From Malacoraja senta (lineage: Eukaryota): a stretch of 64,000 nt of DNA. A program made the position numbers and the translations under genes. A model generated the notes under the pieces. That model ran no database searches. It was not told the DNA's origin and saw nothing but the letters and a program-made list of their open reading frames with translations. The stretch spans positions 124,001-188,000 of the forward strand of contig JAXLNO010004500.1 of assembly GCA_038087875.1 (NCBI GenBank), read 5' to 3'. Below are positions 23,110 to 35,900 of this stretch, piece by piece (positions within the stretch are counted from its first letter, which is position 1; the number at the start of each line of letters is the position of its first letter).

Positions 23110-23600
23110 TTCATGTTCATTTATTGTCACATACACCAATTGGTGTAGTAAAATTCACTGGCCAGGTCAGTCATACAATTTAAAAAAGCAACGGACTCAA
23201 AAACACATTTTGACATAAACATCCATCATAGTGACTCCTACACATTCCTCACTCGAAGGCGAAAATAAAGTTCCAAGCCCTTCCCTTGTTGTTCTTCCTT
23301 GGTCGGGGGCCTCGAGCCCTCCATTGAACGGACGGTCTTGAGTCCCGTAGCCGGCGGCGTTCGGGCCCTCCGCGTCGAGGTGATCAGCTCCCGCATCGGG
23401 GGATTGTCAGCTCCCCCGCGCCAGGCGATCGAACCTCGCCGTGGGGCTGGACGAACCTTCTGTGGCGTTGGAGCTCCCGACTAGCCTCTCCCGAGACTGG
23501 GAGCCCTTGATGGTAAGTCCGCAGGCCGCGGTGGGAGCGATCCCAGGCAAGGGATCCGCTCCGATGGTAAGTCCACGCCCCGTGGTGGGGCTCACGACAG
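23110..23600 (-). mobile_element. GC-rich non-coding element with a Rex1/L2-type tail
   Basis: TTTATTGTCACATACACCAATTGG tail and CpG-rich modules with two GATGGTAAGTCC copies. Confidence 0.55.
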
Positions 23601-24420
23601 TCCTTTTCAACTGTTAAGTTGAAGTCAGAAAGAACAGATGCAAGAAGTATGAAGAAGGACACCAAGCTGAAACATTACGTAACCATGTCCTCCAGATGCT
23701 GCCTGAGCCACTGAGTTACAACTGCACGTTTTTGTGTTTTTTTTTAAATTACAGTAAAGTTATCCACCTGCAAAATCATGACAGCCTGACCTACTTGAGT
23801 ACTGCAGTATGTGCTGCATTTTATATAACTCTGTTTAGTTTCATGCATGCAGAGATGCAGTGAAATGGTTTGGATGGAACAGCAGATGCTGGCCACCCCG
23901 TCTCTTCTCTCCAGAGATGTTGCCTGTCCCGCTGAGTTACTCCAGCTTTTTGTGTCTATCTGCAGTGAAATGGTTGTTCTGCATTCTCCCCCGTCAAGTC
24001 ATACTGTACATAAGTACAATTCGTCCTCTTCTGGAACAGCACGCAGAGATCCACCACATTCCAGGACTATCTTGCAGCTTCCAAGTCTCTGAGAAGTCTG
24101 ATTTTGCCCTAAGGAAATACCCAATTTCACATTTTCTCATGTTAAGGCCCAGTGTCATAACAGCACTGGATTGATGAAGTAGAGGCGCCTGCCTCAGTTT
24201 AAGTTTTTCTGTTTCAAGATTGTGATCAAACCCTTATCACTGGAACTGTGTCGCAGTGCCACCCATTACGTATGTCCCAATTATCTTTCAACATGCTATA
24301 ATCACTTGTTTTTTATCCTTTTTATACTTTTTTCATGAATTGTTCAGCATAAACAGTTATGCTACAACAGTTAAGAGCAGCTACCACTTAGTTCCAGAGA
24401 CGTAACAACACAAGAGATAG

Positions 24421-24612
24421 TGTTGGAAGAATGATCAAACTCACACATAGTGGTTAGAATCCATAGTATTTTATTAGTAACACTGCAGAGGAAACACAAG
24501 GTGCTTTCTTCTCAGCATGCTTACTACCAGTCTACCCGAGAGAGAGAGAGATAGAGAGAGATGTCTAATAAGCCCGTGGGCGGAGCCACAGTATGAGCGA
24601 CACTAATCTACA
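24421..24612 (-). mobile_element. Solo LTR (192 bp)
   Basis: TG...CA termini, a perfect 5-bp TSD GATAG (24416-24420, 24613-24617), a GC box and AATAAA on the minus strand. Confidence 0.85.
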
Positions 24613-24649
24613 GATAGGCACAGGGATAAGTTTCGGTTTATTATTGTCA

Positions 24650-24945
24650 CGTTTAGTTTCGAGGTACAGCATGAAAATAGGCCTTTTGGCCCACTGAACC
24701 TGTGCTGACTAACAACCACCCAAACATTAGTTCTATCCTACACACTAGGGACAATTTACAGAAGCCAAAAACGTACAAACCTGCACGTCTTTGAATGTGA
24801 CGGAACTGCAGCACCCGGAGATAACTCACATGGTCACAGGGAGAATATATGAACTCTATATAGACAACACCCATTGTCAGGATTGAACTTTGGTCTGTGG
24901 TACTGTAAGGCAGCAACTTTCCCTCTGCACCACTGTGCTGCCCAA
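24650..24945 (-). mobile_element. HE1/V-SINE-like SINE
   Basis: Diverged copy with a recognisable core and head. Confidence 0.75.
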
Positions 24946-25299
24946 GTACTGAGGTAGTGTGTAAAGCTTTGTTTTGCATGCTATCCAATTGGATGAGGTA
25001 ACAAAATACATATATATGATCATCAAACTCAAGAACTGTAGGTAGAGCAAAGGGGAAGGTACAGAGTGTGGCATGTAGTTCTCAGTAATATAGCACACCA
25101 GTTCCATTAGATAAGTGTTTCGACACGAAACGTGACACATTCCGTCTCTCCAGAGATGCTGCCTGACCCGTTGAGTTACTCTAGCATTTTGTGTCTATCT
25201 GCGGTTTTAACCAGCATCTACAGTCCCTTCCTGCATAGTTCTATAAACAACGTCCACTGTCTGTAATGGGGTAGTGGTCAATTGGACAGTACCCTAGCT

Positions 25300-25610
25300 T
25301 ATGGATCACAGCTTACGGATAAGGGGGAAATCCTTTAAAACCGAGATGAGAAGAAGTTTTTTCACACAGAGAGTGGTGAATCTCTGGAACTCTCTGCCAC
25401 AGAGGGTAGTCGAGGCCAGTTCATTGGCTATATTTAAGAGGGAGCTAGATGTGGCCCTTGTGGCTAAAGGGATCAGAGGGTATGGAGAGAAGGCAGGTAC
25501 GGGATACTGAGTTGGATGATCAGCCATGATCATATTGAATGGCGGTGCAGGCTCGAAGGGCCGAATGGCCTACTCCTGCACCTAATTTCTATGTTTCTAT
25601 GTTTCTATGA
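25300..25610 (+). mobile_element. CR1 LINE 3' end
   Basis: Near-identical to 40435-40738, with a (TTCTATGT)n tail. Confidence 0.9.
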
Positions 25611-26547
25611 TCATTCAGAAGCCTGATTTTCTCCTCGGTTATCAAGTTTCCGAGTAAGCCAGTTGGTCCTCTAACCTGCCCACCATTCAATATGACCATG
25701 GCTGACGTTCCTCAGGCATCAACTCCTGTTCGATGTCAGTTCCTCATTGCACTCAGTTCTCCAATTTAAGTTTAAATTAAGTTAACTACCGCCACATTAA
25801 ATGTTTCCAATGATTTTGTCTTCACAAATCTCTGGCGCCAGAGAATGACCACACTCTGCAAAAAGAGATTTTGTAAACAAATGACTGGTCTCTTTTATCT
25901 CTTATTGAAGAGGAGTGAAAATACTGCCAATTTTAAGCTTGTCCCCTCCCCAATTGGCCCTCATTTTGTAACTTGTCAATTATTTATTATTGTCAATAAT
26001 ATGCCCTAGTGAAAAGATTTGCCGTTGGTATTAGTTTATTATTGTCACATGAACTGAGATATAGTCAAAAGTTTGTCTGTGTGTTATCCAATCAGATCAT
26101 ACTACACATGTGCAATCAAGCCATCCACAAGTAGATCAGTGCAAAGGGAAAAATATTCAGAGTGCAGAATATCGGGTTACTATATCATAGCATTACAGTT
26201 ACAGAGAAAGTGCAGATCAAAAAGAGTTGCAAGGATCACAATGAGATTGGTTGGAAGATCAGGACAACATCTTATGTTACATGAGAATCATTCAGTAGTC
26301 CAATAACAGTGGGGAAGAAACTGTTCCTGAATTTAATGGTACGTACTTTCAAACTTTGTTGTGTACTGTCTTAACAGGGAGCGTACGATCCCTTTTAAAC
26401 CACGCGGTTGGTTGATGGGACGAAAGAGGCAAAATGGGGCAGATGTGGACAGTAACTTGGTTGTTGTAGTAGACTGAAGAATATTTTGTGGTGGGTGACT
26501 GTGCAAGTTTTACTGAAGATGAAAATAACCATCTTACTGTCTTGTAG

Positions 26548-26814
26548 TTTCCCCTGAGGTATCTCTCGCTGCCCGCCCTGATGATCATTCAGTCCTGTAC
26601 TGCACTGTGTTTGGATTTTACCCACCGGCCATCAATGTCAGCTGGTTGCAGAATGGTCAACATGTATCTGAGACCAAATCTTCTGGGGTCATACCCAACA
26701 ACGATGGAACATATCATCTAAAGTCTGTCCTTGAGTATGATCCATATGATGGGAAACAGTATTCCTGTCATGTCGATCACAGCAGCCTGCCCGGTGGGAA
26801 GACCATCATCTGGT
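26548..26814 (+). CDS. MHC class I-like heavy chain, alpha3 (C1-set Ig) exon
   Basis: 267-bp exon (cttgtag|TT...TGG T|gtaaga) encoding VSPEVSL...LYCTVFGFYPPAINVSWLQNG...PNNDGTYH...YSCHVDHSSL...IW, with the canonical C, FYP, W and YxCxVxH motifs. Confidence 0.95.
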
Positions 26815-27129
26815 GTAAGAACATTAAATATTCATTCATAGATAATCATTATCTTCTGTTGTTTCCATTTTAATCATTGTGACTACATCCCATATTCCAA
26901 GATGCTTAAACTTTCTTTGTTTAGTGGTGTTGCTCTAAGCAATCACGTAATCAGCACCCACTCTCGACATGAGCAGAAGACTTTGTCAACAGAAAATTTA
27001 TCAAAAGTAAATAAATAACTAATATACAAGGAAGGAGTATTTGAGATTCTCAGTGGTGGAACTGAAATCCATGAAAGGTATGTTTAAATAAAAAATGAAT
27101 CTTTCCTCATGATGTGATTAACAGCAAGG

Positions 27130-27830
27130 CACTGGGGGAAGTACATGCCCCAATCCAAATCAATGGTCCGAAGCGGAAATGATTGAGAGCTTCATGTTCC
27201 TTGGCATGAATTTATCCAATATTCGGTCATGGACTGGCCACATAGCCAAGGGGGCACACCGACACTTCTACTTCCTCCGGAGACTGAGAATATTCATCAT
27301 GTCTCTGGTGACTCTAGCAAACATCTATAGATGCTGCTAGAGAAAGCATGTTGTTGGGTTGCATCACATCTTGATTTGGGAACTGCACTGCCCAAGCCTG
27401 CAAGAATATACAAAGAGTTAAAGATCATCACACAGCCCAGACTTCCCACTATTGATTCAGTCTACACCAGGTTGCCTTCGAAAACGAGACTTATCCCACC
27501 CCGGTCATTCCTCCTTCCTGCTCCCATCAGGCAATAGGTACAGAAAGTTGAAAGTATACACTGCCAGACTCAGGAACACGCCCTTTCCATCTGTTAACAG
27601 GCTTCGGGTCCTTCCATAATGTAGGTTCAATGCCCGATTCACCTCAACCTCATTGCACATTGTCTATGGAACTGATGCGTTACAATGCTGAGAACTATAT
27701 TCTGTACTCTGTATCCTCCTCTTTGCTCTATCTATTGTTTTTGAGTTTGTATTTATGTATAGTTTTATAATTTGTTTGGATAGCATACAAAACAAACCTT
27801 TGCTCTATATTTTGAAACATCTGGCATTAA
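27130..27830 (+). mobile_element. Degraded Rex1/Babar LINE 3' fragment
   Basis: Remnant GACTCAGGAACACGCCCTTTCCATCTGTTAACAGGCTT (RLRN.FFP...RLL-like), then a tail ending AATAAAAC. Confidence 0.6.
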
Positions 27831-29487
27831 TAAAACAAAACCTAATGAAGTAAGTTCCCTGACGCAAGTTACAGATTCAGCAATTAAAAATATAACTGCC
27901 TGACAAACAGCGATCGTAGTAGTTTGAATCCAAGTATGCTGCACTAACCTACACAAATGTTCACTTTTGAAGATTCCCTCGAACAATGCACAACTAAGGA
28001 ATCTGATGTTTCACTCTGAAGACTGTTGACATACTCCAGAACTTAATTTCCAACCTATCTATGTATCATCAGCAATCTAGGCTACAGCGCCATCAGTCCC
28101 TTCATCTGCTCTTAATACCAACGATAAGTAGTTCACTTTCTTGCATTGATTCCCAACCTACCGTTGCAGTTTCCCAACCTGAACACTCCTTTAAGACAAC
28201 TCTCTGCTTGCTCTTAATTGTTTTTTTCCATTCATGCTAATTATTACCCCCAATGTCATGCCTTTGCATCACTTGATTGATATCTTATGAAAATCCAGAT
28301 ATTGTGCGACATCTGGTGGTCAGGCCACTTATTGCTAGAACCCTCGTCAGGGGAGCTGGGACTATCACATGACAGGGTTTTGGTGGGAGTTGGTGATGAA
28401 TCAGTCGACAGTCAACTGGTGTGCCCGATTACAACGGCAGGAACTTTGCTCAAGTCCTTACTAAACGCGAGTGGGCCAAAACTGTATTTCTTTAAAAAAA
28501 CATTGATTTGTTCACGACGTTTGGATCTCTACAATATATTGTATTTCTTTTGTTTCTCATTCCAATTTTGTTACCTATTCTGCTTTTCCATCATTTTGTT
28601 TTTGAATTTTAGACTGTGCACACCTGCTGCTCGAATATACATTGTCTACGGGTTCCTGTTGCATTTTCAAAGAATTCTAATCAATTTCTCAAACAAAGTT
28701 TGAAGAAGGGTCCCAAAACGAAACGTCACCTGTCCATGTGTAAGAAGAAACTGCAAATGCTGGTTTACACCGAAGATGGACACAAATTGCTGGAATAACT
28801 CAGCTGGTCAGCCAGCATCTCTGGAGAAAAGGAATAGGTGATGAATCCATGTTCGCCAGAGATGCTGCCTGTTCCGCTGAGTTACTCCAGCATTTTGTGT
28901 CTATTATGTATATTCTTGCCACTGACTGGTTAGCACGTAACAAAAGCTTTTCACTGTACCTCAATACATGTGACAATAAACTAAACTAAAGCTTTTGTGT
29001 AAATCAGTATCTGCATCTCTTTCTTTCTACAATTTTCCTGTTAATGCCCTGATAATGCACTTTATTGTTTTGTTATTATTTAAATGTTCTGCCATTATTG
29101 AAAGGAATCCAGCATTTTCCCCAAAACAAATGTTAGTTTACATAGGGTTAAAGCTTTCTGCTTTCAATTCACCTTCTTTCTTGAATTAAGTTGTGGCTGT
29201 GATGGTGCCATAGATCATAGAGTTGTACAGAACATATATTGTCCCATGCCATGCTGCAGAACTCCGTGATTCAAAACACCATATCATCTTATATACCTTG
29301 AAAAGCGCCAAAGATAGACACAAAATGCTGGAGTAACTCAGCGGTCAGGTAGCATCTCTGGAGAAAAGGAATAGGTGGCATTTCTGGTCGAGACCCTTCT
29401 TCACTCTGAAGTCTTCAGACAGTGCCTATCTATTTAGCTGCACAGCTTAACAATTGATTTGTAAAATTATGCATTCTTATTTTTCAG

Positions 29488-29595
29488 AAGGAAATAGGAA
29501 GAAAGACAGGCACATAGGCCTTATTGCCGTGTGTGTGCTGATATTGCTGGCTATTGTCTTGGCAGTAATTGTTTGGTGGAGAAAAAAGAGGAGAG
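29488..29595 (+). CDS. MHC class I-like connecting peptide/transmembrane exon
   Basis: 108-bp phase1/phase1 exon (ttttcag|AA...G|gtaag) encoding GNRKKDRH-IGLIAVCVLILLAIVLAVIVWW-RKKRR, a hydrophobic helix with a basic stop-transfer. The junction with alpha3 reads TAA (see findings). Confidence 0.88.
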
Positions 29596-29859
29596 GTAAG
29601 ATGGAAAAATTGTGATGCACTGTTGCTAGTAAAAGTATTGGGCTTGAAGAAATGATCGAACTCAAGTAGGATAAGGCAGCAGCTACACCTGAAATGCCTC
29701 GACAGTCACCACTGTCAACTAGCCTTAGTGCTGTTGTTAAATGTTTCTGATAATCAGATATTTAAAAATTGTGAATTCAGTGTAAAAGAATGTTATACAT
29801 TATGGATTCACTGCCCCAAATCCTAGAAATATCAATGAGTCATTAAAAAGTACAGCATG

Positions 29860-31720
29860 CAAGCAGTCCTTTCGGCCCACCGTGTCCATGCCAACCACCA
29901 ACCACCTGTTCTCATGAATTCTATCTCATTGCAACTTCTCATCCAGTCACCCACCCACTAAGGGCAATTTACAGTGGCCAATTAAACTATAAACTGACAC
30001 ATCTTAGGATGTGTGAGGAAACCGGAGCCCCTGGAGGGATCCAATGCGGTTACACGGAGAACGTGCAAACTCCACATAGATGGCACTCAAGGTCAAAATT
30101 GAACCCGGGTCTGTGTCGCTGTGAGGCAGCAGCTCTACGAGTTGTGACACTGTGCTGCTCTGTTGGGGGCTCGTACTGTTCATGATCCAAGTCAGCTATG
30201 AGGCAGATTGGTTGCAGTTTAACCTTTACTAGTTTTGTTTAGTTTAATTTAGAGATACAGTGACAAAACAGGTCCTTAGGTCCACCGAGTCTGCGCTGAC
30301 CAGCGATCCCCGCACATTAACACTATCCTATACACGCACACCAAGCCAATTAACCTACATACCTGTACTTCTTTGGAGTGTGGGAGGAAACCTTAGATCT
30401 TGGATAAAACACACGCGGTCATGGGGAGAACGTACAAACTTTGTACAGACAGCATCAGTAGTCGCGATCGAACCCGGGTCTCCGGTGCTGCAAGCGCTGT
30501 AAGGCAGCAACTCTAGCTGCCACCAAGGCTGCTGTTGCTGGAAAACTCAAAATTAAGTGGGAATGTGAGTAGTGGGAGAAATGGTTCAAGGTGGAAAGCC
30601 GAATGAATGAGCAACAACATGACAGGTGGACTACAATGTGAAACAGGACAGCACAGAGCCAGAGACCTGAATTAAATACCGACATCGGCTGTTGTATCTG
30701 TAGAGTTTGCATGTTGTTCCTGTGACCATGTGGGTTTCCCCAGGTGCTCTGGTTTCCTCCCACCTCCCCAAAACATTGTTTGGTAGGTTAGTTGTCCCCT
30801 AGATTGTGCATGATACAATGTGGGGAGAGCTGATATGAATGTGGGACAAATGTAGGATTAGTGTACATGAATGGTTGGTGCACGTCAGTGGGACAAAGGC
30901 CATGTTTGTATGCTGCATATTTCCATGACTCTTTATGATGTAGAAAGATGTTGACTATTTTTGATTTATAAGATTGGGAAAGACTGTGAGGGACAGTGCT
31001 ATAGTAATTCAGCAGGTCAGGCAACATCCCTGGAGACCATGGATAGGTGACAATCTGGTTCGAGACTCTTCAGGCAAATTACAATGGGTATTCCTCCGCT
31101 TAAATCTGATAGTAGTGTACAGATGCACCTCAACCACTGACTTGCTCAACAAGTGCTTAAATTAGTTGAATTAAAGTATGTTTGGAGTAACATGCAGCAG
31201 TCCTTAAAATCTACCATTTCCTAAATCCCAAGAGAGCTGGATGATCAGGGTTTTAGTGTAAATTCAGTCATCTATATCACTGGTTTCTTGCCTGTGATCA
31301 CACTGTTGAAAGATATATTCTGGTGATGAATTGCAGTTCACTTTCCTCCTGTGTAAAGGAGTTATTGTGTTGAATATAACAAGTGGAAGGGAAAGTCAGT
31401 GTAGGATTTAGAGTTTGTATGTAATGCAGCATGCTAGTGCAGCTGGTAGAACTGCTGTCTCACAATGCCAGAGACCCAGGTTCAATCTGGACCTCGGGTA
31501 CTGTCTACGTGGAGTTTGCACGTTCTCCTTGTGACTACGTGGGCTTCCTCAGGGAGCTCCGGTTTCCTCCCATATCCCAAAGATGAGCAGGTGTGCAGGT
31601 AATCATCCTTGGTAAGTCACCCTGATTGTGTAGGGGTGGATGGGAAATCTATTATGAATGGGTGATTGCTGGTTAGTATGGATTTGGTGGCACAAATGGC
31701 CTGTTTACACACTGTATCAC
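29860..31720. mobile_element. Cluster of four HE1/V-SINE-like copies (about 29860-30160 -, 30235-30530 -, 30640-30930 +, 31430-31720 +)
   Basis: Each shows the tRNA-like head and/or the GGTTTCCTCC core. Confidence 0.7.
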
Positions 31721-32964
31721 TGTTTTCAAGAGAGAGTTAGATTTAGCTCTTAGGGCTAAGGGAGTCAAGGGATATGGGGAAAAAGCCAGATCGGAGTATT
31801 AATTTTGGATGATCAGCCATGATTGTATTGAATGGCGGTGCTGTTTCAAAGGGCCGAATAGCCTATTCCTGCACCTATTTTTTTATGTTTCTATCTTTCT
31901 ATTAAATAAACTAAATTGGAAGACAGAAGGTATTGACTGATGCATCTTCACGCCAGTTGTAAATGTCATAAACTGTGAGAATTGATTGCAAATGTTATAC
32001 AATATTATAAACTAAACTGGGTGATCAAAATGACAAGATGGATGAAGAGCAGCGTTTTCATTGAAATAACAGACGTGCAGCTTTCTCGAGCACTTGGCCT
32101 TGGTTGTGTAATATTTCCTCTTCAAAATACAATGTTCCCTGGCATTGCTGGTCTGAGACACCATTCAGCAAGTATATTTCCTGAAATTGAGATTCTGCTT
32201 TCATGGTATCAAGATGTCTAACCGCTCCAGCACCCAGATCAGAACCTTGCCAAAACTAAGAATGCAGCAACAATTTAGTCATTGAACATCAACGACATGC
32301 ATATTTGAACTGAGGCAATGGTTAGCTTATTATCACTGTAAACCAGTCATGGTCATGGGTCTGCCATTGTGGTCACTATTAGTGAGGGTGATTAACTATC
32401 ATTTAGCAGTGAAACGGAAAAGAATTGGCTTTTCAAGCCCACGGAGACATAGACATGGAAATGGGCCCTTTGCCTCAACTTGGCCATGCCAACCAAGATG
32501 CCATGTTTAAACTACAATTTTCCTGCAATTGACCCATATCTCACTGAACCTTTCCTATCTACAGTATGTACCTGTCCAAGTGTGTTCTAAATGTTTTTTA
32601 ACTCCTTCCCCTGGAATGTCCTTCCATATTTCCACTTCCTCTGGTTCCGAGTAACTCGTTTCCTTCTCACCTTAAACCTAAGTCCTCTGGTTCATGATTA
32701 CATAAGGCTGGTTAAAAGATTCTGTGCATTCAATCTATCCATGTTCCTTGATTTTATAAACTTCTATAAGATCACCCCTCAGCCTCTTGCGTGCCAAGGA
32801 CTAAAGTCCAAGCATTCTCATCCTCTCCCTGAATCACAGGCCCTGTTAATGACATCCTTCCGATAGTGGTGACCAAAACTTAACAAAATACTCCAAATGT
32901 GGCCTCACCAACATCTTGTACAACTGTAGCAGAACATCCGAACTTTTTTATTCAGTACCTTGCT

Positions 32965-35900
32965 TTAAAAATATTTTTATTGTTTCTTTTCCAAAAAACA
33001 AAAACAAAAATAAAACATAAAAAACAGAGCAAAAATAATAATGATAAACATAACAATGGTATTGATACATAGGGATCAGGATTACATTAATAACAGGTAT
33101 AACCTAATATGAGACCAGTGTCAAAATACACAATGAATATAGACCTCTCGGTCTCTATGTAAAATATAGTTAAATCTTTAAAAGGAAACATAAATGTTAA
33201 AAAAAAAGCAAAGATAAAAAGACAAAAAGAAAAAGAAAAAACAAAACCCCCCGAAACTAATTTTTTTTTTAAATTGATAATAATAAAATAAGAATAAAAA
33301 TAAAATAAATAAATAAAACAAAACAGAGCAAAACCGAATCTGAACTGAGAAATTCAACAATTTAAGTCTGTTTGTCGTCAAGTCCGTTCAACCTATGAAG
33401 GTAAAATAATTTTTATAACGGTTAAAGAGGGTTCAATTTATGTTGTATGAAAGTGTTCAATAAATTTTCCCCAAGACTTATCAAATTTAACCAAGGGTTC
33501 AACAATGTCACTTCTGATTTTTTCTAAATTTAAACTTGATATCGTTTCAGAATACCACTGGAGTGTGGTCGGAGGGTTGGAATCTTTCCATTTAAAGAAA
33601 ATAAATCTTCTTGCAATTAATGTGGTAAAAGCAATCAACCGATGGGCGGAGTGGGACAAATGAATAGAATCTAACATTGGTAACCCAAAAATTGCAGTAA
33701 TAGGATGAGGTTGTAAATCTATACCCAAGACTACCGAAATAGTATCAAAAATGTCTTTCCAATATTTTTCCAAAAGAGGGCAGGACCAAAACATATGGGT
33801 CAGTGATGCCACTTCAGAGTTACATCTGTCACAGGTAGGATTTATATGACCATAAAAACGAGCTAACTTATCTTTTGACATATGAGCTCTGTGAACCACC
33901 TTGAATTGTATCAATGCGTGTCTTGCACACATTGAAGAGATATTAACTAATTGAAGGATCCTCTCCCATTTCTCTATAGATAAAGACATTTGGAGTTCTC
34001 TTTCCCAGTCATTCTTAATTTTATCAAATGTATCTATTTGTAATTTTAAAATCAACTCATGAATAGTCATTATTAATCCTTTCTGATAAGGGTTCAACTG
34101 TAAAAAAAATCCAAAATTTCGGGTTGATGTGGTAGTGGAAAAGGGGGTAGTTCCTTTTGTCTAATTTGTAAATATCTAAAAAAAGTGTGAATTAGGTAAG
34201 TTATATTTATTGGAGAGTTGTTCGAAAGACATAAAACAACCCTCCAAAAACAAATCACGAAAAGATACTAATCCCTTCCTCTTCCATAACAAAAAAACTT
34301 GATCAGTACTAGATGGTTGGAAGAGAAATTTGGATAAAATCAGATAGTCCAAAAAACTTACGAAATTGAGACCGTATTCGGAACGTATGTCTTATTATTG
34401 GGTTCGTCATATATTTATTCAATCTCGTAATTGTAAATGGTAACGAAGTCCCTAGAATAGAAGCCAATTATAGCCCTTGTAAGGAATCACGTTCTAGGTT
34501 TATCCATCCAGGGCATTGGGTATCTTCTAAATCTTTTGTCCAAAATGTTAAATAACGAACATTGACTGCCCAATAGTAGAGTCTAAGGTTCGGCGATGCC
34601 AAACCACCAAATTGTTTTGATTTCTGTAGGTATTTTTTACCTAGTCTGGGATTTTTATTCTGCCATATATATGAAGACATTTTAGAGTCTATAATATCAA
34701 AGAAAGATTTGGCAATAAAAATTGGTATTGTCTGAAATAAATACAGAAATTTAGGTAAAATGAACATTTTAATAGCATTGATTCGGCCAATTAAGGATAA
34801 GGACATTGGTGACCATTTAGTGAACTGATGTTTAATATGGTCAATTAAAGGAATAAAATTAGCTTTAAATAAATCCTTGTGTTTCTTGGTGATCTTAATA
34901 CCTAAATATGTAAAACTTTCGGTAGTCAATCTAAATGGAAACTGTCCATAACTCGAAACAAAATTATTTAATGGGAAAGCTCACCCTTACTAAGATTTAG
35001 TTTATAAACAGAAAAACTACTGAATTGATTAAGTAATGCTACTATTGCCGGAATAGATTTCTCAGGGTTAGAAATAAATAATAACAGATCATCTGCATAA
35101 AGAGATAGCTTATGTGTCTTATTCCCGCAGACAATACCAAAAATATTAGGGGATTCCCTAATAGCAGTGGCTAAAGTTTCCAAAGCAATATCAAATAGTA
35201 AAGGACTTAAGGGACAGCCCTGTCTAGTTCCTTGAAAGAGCCTGAAAAAAGGGGATCTCTGATTATTAGTAAATACAGAAGCCTGAGGTATAAGATATAG
35301 CAGTTTGATCCAAGAGATAAATTTTGGACCAATCTTAACTTTTTCAAGTATATTGAATCAGTATTCCATTCTACTCTATCAATAGCCTTCTCGGCATCAA
35401 GTAAGATGACACATTCTGGGGTTTTATTAGATGCTGTATATACAATATTTATTAATCTCCTAACATTAAAGAATGAGTAACGATTTTTAATAAAACCTGT
35501 CTGATCTTCAGAGATAATTTGCGGTAAAATCTTTTCCAATCTCATAGGTAATATTTTGGAAATAATTTTAAAATCTACATTTAACATTGATATAGGTCTA
35601 TATGATGTCACTTCAGTAGGGGCTTTATCTTTTTTTTTAATTAAAGAAATAGAAGCTTCATAAAAAGCTTGTGGTAATCTATTCCTTAAAAAGGCTTCTT
35701 TAAATACCTTGCATAGCCATGGAGACAATAAATTTGAGAAATACTTTTAAAATTCTACTGTAAACCCATCTAAACCGGGAGCTTTACCAGAATTCATTGA
35801 AAAAATTGCTTTCTGTATTTCTTTTTCCGTGATGGGTTCATCCAACAACAGAGACTCATTGTATGGTAAATTTGGTAAGTTCAGTTTCTTTAAAAACTCA

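Noticed and set aside
28287-28703. 138-aa ORF, or a possible frame-rescuing exon at the ttttag acceptor near 28611
   Set aside because: No homology recognised and no convincing downstream donor; it remains testable only by RNA-seq.
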